Both the position numbers and the translations under genes were made by a program. Under the pieces are notes generated by a model. The model ran no database searches and was not told where the DNA came from. It was given only the letters and a program-made list of their open reading frames with translations. A stretch of 64,000 bases of DNA from NCBI GenBank assembly GCA_965199825.1, contig OZ241329.1, positions 992,001 to 1,056,000 of the forward strand, given 5' to 3'. Shown here one piece after another: positions 33,265-43,400 of the stretch (the stretch's first letter is position 1; each line of letters starts with the position of its first letter). The DNA is from Bdellovibrionales bacterium. Its GTDB lineage: Bacteria; Bdellovibrionota; Bdellovibrionia; Bdellovibrionales; UBA1609.

Positions 33265-33283
33265 ATATTGCTACCATTTTTAA

Positions 33284-36052
33284 ATGCCTGATCAAAAAAC
33301 CCGCTGGATTTTAAAGGATGCTGATGGACGCGTGCGTGGTCCATACAGCACCGAAAAGATCATTCACAAAATCAACAGTGGAGATTTTAATGGCGAAGAA
33401 TTTATCTCGCATTATCCAGGTGGACGATGGTTTCCGATTTCGCAAGAACCCCAATTTTACGATCGCCTATTGGATGTGCTCTCGGGCCAATCCGCCCCCG
33501 ACGATGAGACCTTAGAAAAAACAAAAGTCGAATTTGCCAAAAGTCATGTGTCGCAAACCTTAAAGCCTGATCCGGTTCAAAGAGGAACAGCCGAGCGCAA
33601 GGCCACTCGTGAATCGAAAACTATTGAAGACGATACGATCGAACTTGTTGATGTTAAAAAAACCATTAAAAAAGAAGTGGCAAAAAAATCGCTTGTTCCT
33701 TTGATTGCCGGCGCGGTTGTGCTGCTGATTGCGGGCTTCATTTTTTTACAGCCTACTACAATCAAGAGCGAGGATCGCATTCACCTTTTGGCGATCCAGC
33801 CTCAACGTCCACAAAGCTCCTCTGCCGAAAAATTTAAAAAAGCTTTACCCGATTTTTTAAGGGACACCTACTCTGGATACCTTCGTTCACAAGATGAATT
33901 TGTCCAAATTCTTCAGATCGACGCCAAAAACTCAGAGGTTTTGTCACTCTTGTGTATGACCTACAACGAACTTTGGCCATATTCCTATCAAGACACTCAA
34001 GATCTTCGAACGGTGAGCCATGCGGTTCAACTCGCCAATCAAATTGATGCGACCAGTGCCAATGCCGCCATCTGTAAAACGGTGGATCTTTTGGTTCGGG
34101 GTCGGTTGCCCGAAGCGCGCAGTTTGGTTTCGGCCGTTTTAGAAAACAATGCGCAACAAACACCAGTTCTTCTTTATTATTTAAAATCTGTGCTGCTCGA
34201 AAACAGCTCTGAATTTCAAACCGCGATTGGTTATGTCGCCTCGGCGATTCAACTTTGGCCGCAGTGGCTCAGGGGCTACGTGCAGCAAGCTCAGCTCGAA
34301 ACCAAAAATAATAATCCCACCGAAGCGGCCAATATTTATAATCGGATTTTAAAAAACAATCCCGATCATAAAGTGGCTCGCTTGGAGCTTGGGCTTTTAC
34401 AATACCGAGTGTTTCGTCAGTTTGATAAGGCAAGTGAGCTCTTGAATGGAGCGCTTCAAAATAGCCAAGATAAGGTTTCAAATACTTTGCTCTCAAACTC
34501 CTATTTTGCATTGGCCGAAATTGCTTTAAATAAACAAGATCGTGATAAAGCTTTAAAAATGGCGCAACAGGCTTATTCGGCAAGTATTAACAATGTGGCG
34601 GCAAAAAATTTAATTGTTCAACTGGGCGGACTCGACAAACTTAAAAAAACCAAATTGCAAGGTCAGTACTTGATGTATGAGGGTGACCAATTGGTACGCG
34701 AGGGCGACTGTCAGTCGGCGCAAGCGCACTACAGATCAGCCTTTGAAGAAGATCCAAAAAATGCCACAGCCGCACTCAAATCGGCAAAATGCTTGTGGCA
34801 ATTGTCTTTGAGTACAGAGGCGATCGACTGGCTCAACAAAGCAATCAAGGCGGATTCGAAATCGATTGAAGCTTATGTGCTGCTTGCCGATTATTACACG
34901 CGGCGATTTAATTTTGATGCGGCGTCGAGAGTGCTGGCCTCGGCGCAAAGAATTTCGCCAAAGAGTTTTGATGTCTATCGTGGATTTGCGATTGTCGAAT
35001 TGCGCCGCAACAATCCAAGCGGTGCCATCACTTACGCAAAAAGGGCGATTGCACTTTATGAGGCCGACGCCGATTCCTTCGTGGTGCTCGCAAAAAGTTA
35101 TTTGGCCATGGCTTCAAAAGAAAATTTTCCCCTCGCCCTTTCTGCGGCGATGAAGGCAGTAGAAATCGACATCAATAATCGCGACGCCCAAGTGATTTAT
35201 GCCGAAGCATTAGCCGGAACCGAAGGGGTTGAGGTTGGACTTAACTATTTACGAAAACTCACAACCAATTTTCCGCTCGTTCTGGAATATCAAATTGCTT
35301 TAGGAAAACTCTATTTGAGTGATGACCGCTTTAGTACGGCCGAAGAAGCATTTCAGCGAATTATTAAAACCAATCCCAAATCGAAAGAAGCTTTGGTGCT
35401 GCTCGCAAAAAGTTTGCGGGCCCAAAATAAAATGGAAGCAGCACTAGACACTTTGCTCGAAGCCGCAATCGCCGATCCTGCCGATCCCGAACCGCTCTTT
35501 CAGGCGGCACTGATTTATTTAGAAAACAAAAAGCCAGCTGAGAGTCGCGCTCAACTGGAACGGGTGCTGCGGGTGAATCCCTCTTACCCACTGGTTCATT
35601 ATTATATTGGCCGCGTTGCTCTTGAAACCAAAAAACCTGCTGAAGCACTCAACCAAGCCCATGAAGAACAAAAAATAAATCCCAATCTGCCCGAAGCCTT
35701 CGTGCTCTCGGGCGATGCTTATATGGACACCAAACAATATTCTTTAGCCGCAAGTGAATATCAAAAATCGCTTCAGTTGATCAGTCAGCCTCGCGCCAGT
35801 CTTTATATTAAAGTGGCGCATTGTTACCGCCTGGCCGGAAGTTTTGATTCGGCTGCGAGCATGCTCGACATTGCTTTTCATCGTGAGCCGGGAAATGCCA
35901 ATATTTATAAAGAGCGCGCCCAACTGTACGAGATGACCAACGATGCCCAACGCGCCATCGAGGCCTACAATCAATATTTTGTTTTAGAACCGACCGCTCC
36001 AGATCGACAACAAATTATGGAACGTATTCAAGCGTTGCAGCTCAATCACTAA
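33284..36052 (+). CDS. Bitopic membrane protein with an N-terminal GYF_2-like domain and a long TPR array
   Basis: WILKDADGRVRGPYS N-terminus, one TM, many TPR repeats. Confidence 0.8.
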   Translation: MPDQKTRWILKDADGRVRGPYSTEKIIHKINSGDFNGEEFISHYPGGRWFPISQEPQFYDRLLDVLSGQSAPDDETLEKTKVEFAKSHVSQTLKPDPVQRGTAERKATRESKTIEDDTIELVDVKKTIKKEVAKKSLVPLIAGAVVLLIAGFIFLQPTTIKSEDRIHLLAIQPQRPQSSSAEKFKKALPDFLRDTYSGYLRSQDEFVQILQIDAKNSEVLSLLCMTYNELWPYSYQDTQDLRTVSHAVQLANQIDATSANAAICKTVDLLVRGRLPEARSLVSAVLENNAQQTPVLLYYLKSVLLENSSEFQTAIGYVASAIQLWPQWLRGYVQQAQLETKNNNPTEAANIYNRILKNNPDHKVARLELGLLQYRVFRQFDKASELLNGALQNSQDKVSNTLLSNSYFALAEIALNKQDRDKALKMAQQAYSASINNVAAKNLIVQLGGLDKLKKTKLQGQYLMYEGDQLVREGDCQSAQAHYRSAFEEDPKNATAALKSAKCLWQLSLSTEAIDWLNKAIKADSKSIEAYVLLADYYTRRFNFDAASRVLASAQRISPKSFDVYRGFAIVELRRNNPSGAITYAKRAIALYEADADSFVVLAKSYLAMASKENFPLALSAAMKAVEIDINNRDAQVIYAEALAGTEGVEVGLNYLRKLTTNFPLVLEYQIALGKLYLSDDRFSTAEEAFQRIIKTNPKSKEALVLLAKSLRAQNKMEAALDTLLEAAIADPADPEPLFQAALIYLENKKPAESRAQLERVLRVNPSYPLVHYYIGRVALETKKPAEALNQAHEEQKINPNLPEAFVLSGDAYMDTKQYSLAASEYQKSLQLISQPRASLYIKVAHCYRLAGSFDSAASMLDIAFHREPGNANIYKERAQLYEMTNDAQRAIEAYNQYFVLEPTAPDRQQIMERIQALQLNH

Positions 36053-36063
36053 AAGGGGAAATC

Positions 36064-36360
36064 ATGAGTCAATTTATCAATAACATTCAGTACAAAATCA
36101 AAACCTCCTCAAAAGACATTTTGCTTTTTGGATTCAAACTCGGCACCGGACTTTTTGTGGCCTTGACCCTTGCCCTGATTTTTCAGGTGATGATTGGATT
36201 TGGTTCACTGAGTTTTGTGTTTGTTTTGATGACTCTAACTTTGGCTTTTTTAAAAATCGCGAAGGGTTGGACCGCCATTCACACTATGATTTTTAATTTG
36301 GTCTGCGTGATGATGGGTCTGCTGGTCCGAATGTATATAATGATTGCGCCAGGGGCGTGA
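36064..36360 (+). CDS. Small 3-TM membrane protein
   Basis: Three hydrophobic segments; aagggg SD. Confidence 0.7.
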   Translation: MSQFINNIQYKIKTSSKDILLFGFKLGTGLFVALTLALIFQVMIGFGSLSFVFVLMTLTLAFLKIAKGWTAIHTMIFNLVCVMMGLLVRMYIMIAPGA

Positions 36361-36378
36361 TCATTTTAGAAATGTCGC

Positions 36379-37659
36379 ATGATCGACGTCAAAGCGCTTG
36401 AACAAAAAGATTTTGAAGAGGCCTACAGAAAAAATTTAAAAGATCGCGGTGAAGATCCTGGTTGGGTCGATAAAATCTTTGCCCAAAACAAACAGCGCAA
36501 AGCTTTGCTGCTCGAAATGGAAACCTCGCGCGCCGACCAAAATCGTGTCGGCGTCGAGATCGCAAATAAAAAGAAAAATAAAGAAGATGCCACCGAGTTG
36601 CTGCAACAAATGCAAGCGGTCGCTCTTCATGTGAAATCGCTCGATTCAAAAGCCAAAGAGGCTGACGAAGCTCTACGCCAAATTCTTTTACGTCTCCCAA
36701 ATAAATTAGATTTATCTGTTCCCGTAGGCCAATCCGAAGCCGACAATGTGGAAGTTCGACGGCACGGCACAGCTCGCAAATTTAATTTTACTCCACTCGA
36801 TCATTCCACTTTGGGGGAAAAATTAAAGATCCTTGATTTCGATCGCGGTGCAAAGGTTGCCGGCGCGCGCTTCACTTTCTTGCGGGGAGCAGCGGCTCGA
36901 TTAGAACGTTCCCTGATTCAATTTATGCTCGATGTGCATTCGGATGAACATAGCTACCAAGAAATGATTCCACCTTTTATTGCCAACTCAAAAAGTTTTG
37001 AAGGTGTGGGACAATTTCCAAAGTTTAAAGAAGATGTTTTTCATCTCACCGGTTTTGATTACGCATTAATTCCAACAGCCGAAGTTCCGGTGACCAATTT
37101 TTATGCCGAAGAAATTCTAGAAGAAGCCGATTTGCCTCAACGATTCGCTGCGTACTCGCCTTGCTTTCGCTCAGAGGCCGGAAGTTATGGCCGCGATACC
37201 AAAGGTCTTATTCGCCAGCATCAATTTAACAAAGTGGAATTGATGATTCATTGTACGCCCGAAAAATCTCACGAACTGCACGAGCAACTCACCCGTCATG
37301 CCGAAATTATTTTGCAACGTCTCGAGCTGCCCTATCGGGTGATGAATTTGTGTTCCAAGGATATTAGTTTTGGCGCCGCTAAATGCTACGACATCGAAGT
37401 CTGGCTACCGAGTGCTGCCGGCTTTCGCGAAATCAGTTCGTGCTCGAATTTTGAGGACTTTCAAGCCCGCAGAGCAAACATTCGCTATCGCCCCAAGGGT
37501 GAAAAAACCAAGCCCCGTTTTGTTCACACCATCAATGGTTCTGGTCTAGCGGTGGGCCGCACGCTCATCGCGATTATGGAAAACTATCAGCATGAGGATG
37601 GCTCGATTGCGGTGCCTGCGGTGCTGCAACCGTACATGGGAATAGCCCAAATTAAATAA
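36379..37659 (+). CDS. serS: Serine--tRNA ligase
   Basis: [30 protein letters not shown] and [11 protein letters not shown]. Confidence 0.97.
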   Translation: MIDVKALEQKDFEEAYRKNLKDRGEDPGWVDKIFAQNKQRKALLLEMETSRADQNRVGVEIANKKKNKEDATELLQQMQAVALHVKSLDSKAKEADEALRQILLRLPNKLDLSVPVGQSEADNVEVRRHGTARKFNFTPLDHSTLGEKLKILDFDRGAKVAGARFTFLRGAAARLERSLIQFMLDVHSDEHSYQEMIPPFIANSKSFEGVGQFPKFKEDVFHLTGFDYALIPTAEVPVTNFYAEEILEEADLPQRFAAYSPCFRSEAGSYGRDTKGLIRQHQFNKVELMIHCTPEKSHELHEQLTRHAEIILQRLELPYRVMNLCSKDISFGAAKCYDIEVWLPSAAGFREISSCSNFEDFQARRANIRYRPKGEKTKPRFVHTINGSGLAVGRTLIAIMENYQHEDGSIAVPAVLQPYMGIAQIK

Positions 37660-37664
37660 AAAAT

Positions 37665-37745
37665 TGGATCCAAAAGCTCAGACATTCGTTTGTCATGCGA
37701 TTGCCTTCGCAATCGCACGCCAAGCCGAACTCGCTTTTGGATCCA
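37665..37745. repeat. 81-nt long hairpin (REP/MITE-like element or terminator)
   Basis: 13-bp perfect inverted repeat tggatccaaaagc/gcttttggatcca enclosing tgcgattgc-cttc-gcaatcgca. Confidence 0.7.
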
Positions 37746-37844
37746 GTCTTTTATCAACTTGGGTTGTCGTACCCACGAGGTCGGTGAGTTTGGTTATAAA
37801 TAAAATCGTGCTGCTTATTTGTTACTAGCTTACATAATAACATC

Positions 37845-38030
37845 TCCGAAGGTGTCGTAAGTTGTGATCCTTTTCTTTTTGGTGGATCCTGCCCACCCAA
37901 AAAAGCGGGCACGAACAAATTAACTCCTACACTCGAGTGTAAGGTGCATCACAACTTCGGAAGTCAGTACACTCATATTGATGGCAATGGCATAAGGTGG
38001 GAAGACTGCCGACACCTCGATCTTCACCAT
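37845..38030. ncRNA. Candidate structured non-coding RNA of unknown family
   Basis: Nested and alternative helices (8, 10 and 7 bp, plus a 14-bp palindrome) in a gap without a long ORF. Confidence 0.4.
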
Positions 38031-38377
38031 ATAATTTCACACTTACCACGCAGTATAAATGAACAAGAAAACCTAACAATTTTTTGCTAGAGCCATTAGC
38101 GTGGGCACCATCGTCGCCTGAATAGAATTTCTGATCAAATTAGAAATGATTCTTCAAAAGTTTAAGGCGGTAGACTTTATCGCGTAGTTACAAGTTACGC
38201 CCGTAAATATAATTAATATTTGTAAGCGACAACAGACTCTGAATCTTAAGGGTATCTCAAATTTATTTTTCACTTCTAATCAGACAGCTTAATTCAAAAA
38301 ATAAAGTGTCAACTTGGCTTCAACGTTGCAAACACAAGAGTTTAATTAACGGCAGCTGCATTTAACGATGAGAACAA

Positions 38378-39307
38378 ATGAATAATCTTTCAAAAAAATA
38401 CACTGTGTTCGCTTTTCTATTTTTGACGACAAAATCTTTCGGCCTTCCATCGATTTCCTTTGATTTCAAATTTAGCCCCGAACCTAATATAATCGATGTA
38501 ACCCTCTACAAAGATATTCCCCGAAAAGTGATGACAAACATTGGGGTGAATTACGCCTTTGCGCCCGTAGGTCGTGTAATCACAAAAGACAGAATTACTA
38601 TTACAGACGAAAATGGAATTGCAAAAACCGGTAACTCTAACGGTACAGCATTTTTAGTTTCGCCCTGTCATGCATTAACAAATCGCCATGTCGTTTTTGG
38701 TAACGCAGATCCAACTCTTCCGCGAAAGTGGAATTTGAAGTTCGAAATAGGAAATACGTCTGTGGGACATACGATGCATACGATAGATGCACAGGCAGCA
38801 ATAATTCCGAATGATAAAAGCAGAGCGAACGACTGGACACTTCTTCTTCTTAAAGAGTGTATTGATGATAAAAAAATCGGCTGGATGGAGTTAACCGCCG
38901 AAGTAAACAAATATCAAAAAGTAATTATAGCTGGATTTCCGTATGACATTCCGAAAGTTCTCCCAACCGTCTCTGTCAATTGCGAACCCAAAGATTTTAA
39001 TGTCGGCTTTTTCTATCACAGCTGTCCGTCCGTGGAAGGAAACTCCGGAGCGCCACTATTTTTTATAAACGATGATGGCGTGCCTACGGCTCTTGGAATG
39101 GATTTTGGAAGCGTATCCGATACGCCCGAGGAAGTCCCTACCTACCGGCGCCCATACGCGAATCTAGCAGTAAGTTTTGACCAAATTATACCTGCAATAA
39201 GAAGAGAATTGCAGCGTGGTTATGAGTGGTTTCGTACCGAAGCGGGCGGTGCCGAAAATCCGCAATTAAGTATGGCAAAAATTTTACGTTCTGGTCGAAT
39301 TCCCTGA
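38378..39307 (+). CDS. Secreted trypsin-like (V8-type) serine protease
   Basis: Signal peptide; catalytic triad motifs LTNRHV, DWTLL and GNSGAP. Confidence 0.85.
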   Translation: MNNLSKKYTVFAFLFLTTKSFGLPSISFDFKFSPEPNIIDVTLYKDIPRKVMTNIGVNYAFAPVGRVITKDRITITDENGIAKTGNSNGTAFLVSPCHALTNRHVVFGNADPTLPRKWNLKFEIGNTSVGHTMHTIDAQAAIIPNDKSRANDWTLLLLKECIDDKKIGWMELTAEVNKYQKVIIAGFPYDIPKVLPTVSVNCEPKDFNVGFFYHSCPSVEGNSGAPLFFINDDGVPTALGMDFGSVSDTPEEVPTYRRPYANLAVSFDQIIPAIRRELQRGYEWFRTEAGGAENPQLSMAKILRSGRIP

Positions 39308-39468
39308 TACCTCATCATCCTTTCGCTATAAATTTGTCTGGAAAAGTGTTCGGGTACGATAGTCCTTAGCCTGCAAAGCAAATTTTTATTACACACGAAC
39401 TTTAAATAGACACAGCCCAGAATTTTTGAAGAAGACTTTTTAGAGGCTATCGATTACACATTAGCTGT

Positions 39469-39558
39469 GGAGAGGTGGCCGAGTGGCTGAAGGCGTCAGT
39501 CTTGAAAACTGAAGAGCTCGTAAGGGTTCCGTGAGTTCGAATCTCACCCTCTCCGCCA
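39469..39558 (+). tRNA. tRNA-Ser(UGA)
   Basis: ggagagg/cctctcc acceptor stem, anticodon loop cttgaaa, long variable arm, gttcgaatc T-arm and encoded CCA. Confidence 0.97.
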
Positions 39559-39744
39559 CTTTGAGTGACCTTATTCCCAATCCCCATGAGTACAATCACT
39601 CGGTTGCGAAAAGCAGACTTTACCACCCATTTTTGGCTGGTTTGGTAGGCGTTCTTTGCGCAGCTAGAATACCGATTATTAATTCCTTCGAATACCAACC
39701 CAAATGTTTACTGACGCTGTCTTGAGTATTAAAATAATTGAAAT

Positions 39745-40446
39745 GTGAATATAAAATCTGTGACTTCTCACTTTCGACTTCTAAAACATACTTCAATATT
39801 TCCTGACACTGTCTTAGTTTGCGCCGCACACTTTGACGTCGACCTAAGCCAGGACACTCAATATCAATATTTGTTGCCAGAGATTTTAAATTCAGCTGGA
39901 GCGGTTCGGAAAGCTGAATATATCGCGGGAAGGCTTTGCGCGCAGAATGCATTAAAAGATCTGGGCTATAATGTGCAACCTTTTGAGCTCCCGACGAATT
40001 TAGATCGTACGCCAAAATGGCCTCCGGGAATTATCGGCTCCCTATCCCATGGAACTGGCTTTGCGATGGCCGCAGTTGCGATTGAAGGAAAAAAGTGGCG
40101 GGGGTTAGGTGTTGATAGCGAACCTATTTTTTTGGACGAAGTGACTCAAGAAATAAAAAGTCGGATCGGAACAGCTCGCGAATTTAGTAAGCTAAAATAT
40201 TTAGATGAAAATACTTGTACGACACTTTTGTTTTCAGCAAAAGAGGCTGTGTATAAGTGCCTCTTTCCTATCCTTAAAACATTTTTAGAATTTGAAGATT
40301 TAAAACTTATCGAGGTTCATAACGAAATCTGTAAATTGGTTTTAAAAACAATTAAGCCCGATCTAAAATGCTTCACCGTAGAATGCACTTACGAAATTCT
40401 TAGCAATTCGATTCAAACTTGCGCCGTTTTAGGGATGATTTCTTGA
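39745..40446 (+). CDS. 4'-phosphopantetheinyl transferase (EntD-like)
   Basis: RKAEYIAGRLCA, PKWPPGIIGSLSH, LGVDSE and FSAKEAVYK. Confidence 0.9.
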   Translation: MNIKSVTSHFRLLKHTSIFPDTVLVCAAHFDVDLSQDTQYQYLLPEILNSAGAVRKAEYIAGRLCAQNALKDLGYNVQPFELPTNLDRTPKWPPGIIGSLSHGTGFAMAAVAIEGKKWRGLGVDSEPIFLDEVTQEIKSRIGTAREFSKLKYLDENTCTTLLFSAKEAVYKCLFPILKTFLEFEDLKLIEVHNEICKLVLKTIKPDLKCFTVECTYEILSNSIQTCAVLGMIS

Positions 40447-43400
40447 AGCTAAAATTTCTTTCAAGGTTAAACTTTTTCGTTTTGTGATAACGACATCATT
40501 TTGGATTTTTGGGAGGTCTCGAATAATTTCGGCCATACCTGAAATCCGTGGATTTTCGAATAATCTAAAAAGTGGAAATTCCACATGTAGGCGTTCACGA
40601 ATTCGCGCCAACATCCGTGTGGCAAAAAGCGAATGTCCTCCAAGATCAAAAAATATATCATCGGTGCTGATCTCATCGCGCCCTAATAATTCCTGCCAAA
40701 TAGTTAAGAGTGCGCGCTCCACTTCGTCTTTCGGCTCGATGAGTTTGCGTGAAGATTCTGACTCGACCGTCACAACTTCTCTATCTAATTTATTGTTGAG
40801 CCAAAGATCTGCTCGCTGACGAATATCTTTTCGAGATACAAATATCGTTGGCACAGGCGAGCATTGGACCACAAGGTCAAAAAGCTTGAGGCTTTCATGA
40901 GGCTGCATCGCGAATTGCTCGAGACTCGTCGTGCGCGATCTTGCCGCTTCATTTTCAACGCGCCACCCGTCCCAAGTTGCAGTCAACCAGCGACGATCCC
41001 CTTGGCTCCACATTTGTGTCGCAAACAAATCCATAAATTGATTAGCAGCGGAGTAAGCCAATAAGCCAAGTCCACCGAGTGGCGAGGCATTAGAAGAAAA
41101 AAGCAAAATGAAATCCAAGGGAATATCTTTAAGAAGTTTGAAAAGGATTTCGGTGCCGTTTACTTTTGCGCGGTATTGCTCGGTAAAATCATCATGGGAA
41201 AGATGCGAAAATAAAGTCTGCATCGTAAAGCCGCTTGTTATTCCAGCAGCATGAAGAACACCATCAATGTGTCCAAATTTTTTAATGGTTGATGTAATTA
41301 CAGAATGCATCTGCTCGAGATTGCTGGAGTCCGCTGTTAAACAGAGGACTTCACCACTTCCAAAATCGATATTCTCAAAAGATGCACTTCGGCCTGTTAA
41401 TACGATGCGAGCTTGATAAGTTTTTGCAAGATGAGCAGCAAGATGTCGGCCGACTTTCCCCAACCCACCTGTGATTAAATAAACACCACCGGTTTTAATC
41501 TGGCGTTGAATGTGAGTGGATGATGACAAATGAAGTGGACTAAAGTCCGCAACAAAGCATCCGTGAGGCCGTATCGCAAACATTTGTGGCGCCGTTTTAG
41601 CAAATATGAAACTCAACGCATTTCGCCAGTCCTCAAGCGTTTGCGGTCGAGCATCACAAAGCACTGTCTTCACCCCTAAATGCTCTTGCGGAATCACTTT
41701 CATGGCCGCTACAAATGGAGCGACTCGTGGATCGATAAAATCTTGAGGTCCAACAAGTGCAACTCCACTCACAACAATTGTTAAAAAAACCGTATCGCTC
41801 ACGTCATTTAAAAACTTCAAAAAATTTCGAAGGCGTAAAAGTGCGGCTGTGTTTTCATCTATTGTTGCATTGGGCTCAGTGAGAAATACTATTTGTGAGA
41901 CTTTGCAATCGGTAAGAAGGAGGTCGGTCTCCTTGCAAAACCGGTATCGACCGGGGAGTTGTTTTAGCAAAGGCTCCACTTCTTCTAAGCGTTTAGCCGA
42001 GCCAATGACCAAACAAAATATACTATTATCATTTAATTTTGGTAAAGCTTGAACATCTTGTCTCCAAACCGGCGCAGAGAACCAATTTGTTAAATCAGAT
42101 TGCTTCTCTCTAACTAGATCAGGCCTCAGCCAGCATCTCGTTTTTGCAAAGGCGTAGCCAGGCAATGAAGTCACACGGGCATTTTTGACGCCATTAATTT
42201 TTGACCAATCTAAATTTATTCCAGAGATCCATAATTTTGCGACGGCACCGCCAAGACAAACGCGATCTGCTATCGCCTCGCCTTGACTCCGCATACTGTG
42301 AACACTGACGACACCATTTTTTAAAAGTTCGTTAGCGCGCACAATACTAGAAAGAATGCGGCCTGGCCCAACTTCAAAAAACACTGCTGGACCAGAAGCT
42401 GCGAGTTCAGTGAGTCCCTGTTGAAATTCTACGGGCTGTCTCAGCTGACAAACCCAGTATTCAACGGAGGTTGCTTGCGCATCCGTAATCCAAGTTCCAC
42501 TCACATTAGAAATAAATTTTATTTTGGGTTTTTTAAGGACTGTAAGTGTCAAAGCCGCACGATACTCATCGAGCACGCCATCCAGTAAATATGAATGGGC
42601 CGCCGTTGCTAGCGGAATTTTTCGGTATTCAATCTCCTGCGCTGTGAGTTCGAGTTCTAATTTTTCGATTCCGTTGACTGTTCCAGAGACTGTTGTGACC
42701 TCCGGTGCATTTTTAGCCGCAATTCCAGTGCCTGATGGAATTTTCGTAAGCTGAGATGGAGAAGCTCTTACACTTAACATTGCTCCCGCTGGACATCGAG
42801 CAAGTAAAACGCCTCGTTGAATAACTAATTTTAATGCTGCAGTAAGAGTAAATACTTCTGCTAAAGTCGCTGCAACATACTCACCCAAACTATGCCCAAT
42901 CATTCCACCGGTCGGAACAATTTCTCGAGCCATCAAAGCCTTCGCCAATGCATATTCAACTATGAATAAAGAAGCTAATGGAATTGCGAAACCTAATCGC
43001 TCGTCAGGAGATAAACTTAAGCTATTTGATTCGCTAAAAAGATATTTTCTAATGTCGACACTATACTCTTTTTGAATAATCGCAGCACAGTCGTCGATCT
43101 GTTGTCGAAAAAATAAGTCGGCTTCATAGAGATCAAGAGCCATCGGAAAATACTGGGCCCCTCCGCCTGGAAAAAGAAAGCAAAGTTGTTTAGCGCTTTG
43201 CTCTCCTTTTAACCAGTGATTAGGCTTATGTTCTTTAAGTATCTCGACAAGATTCTGCTGATCTGTAAAAAGAGCAGCAGCCCTGTGCTCGAATGAAATT
43301 TGTCGAGTTTGCATAGTGTGAACAAGATCATCTAAGCGTGGCGCAGGTGTTCTAGACACCGCTTGCAAAAGGTCACTCGCTATCGAATCTAAGCCGGCCT

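Noticed and set aside
37660..38377. CRISPR array or retron msr-msd in the structured gap
   Set aside because: There are no direct repeats with spacers, and no cas or reverse transcriptase gene in the window
39620..40015. 131-aa minus-strand ORF next to the tRNA as an integrase remnant
   Set aside because: It has no tyrosine or serine recombinase motifs and is mostly antisense to the PPTase
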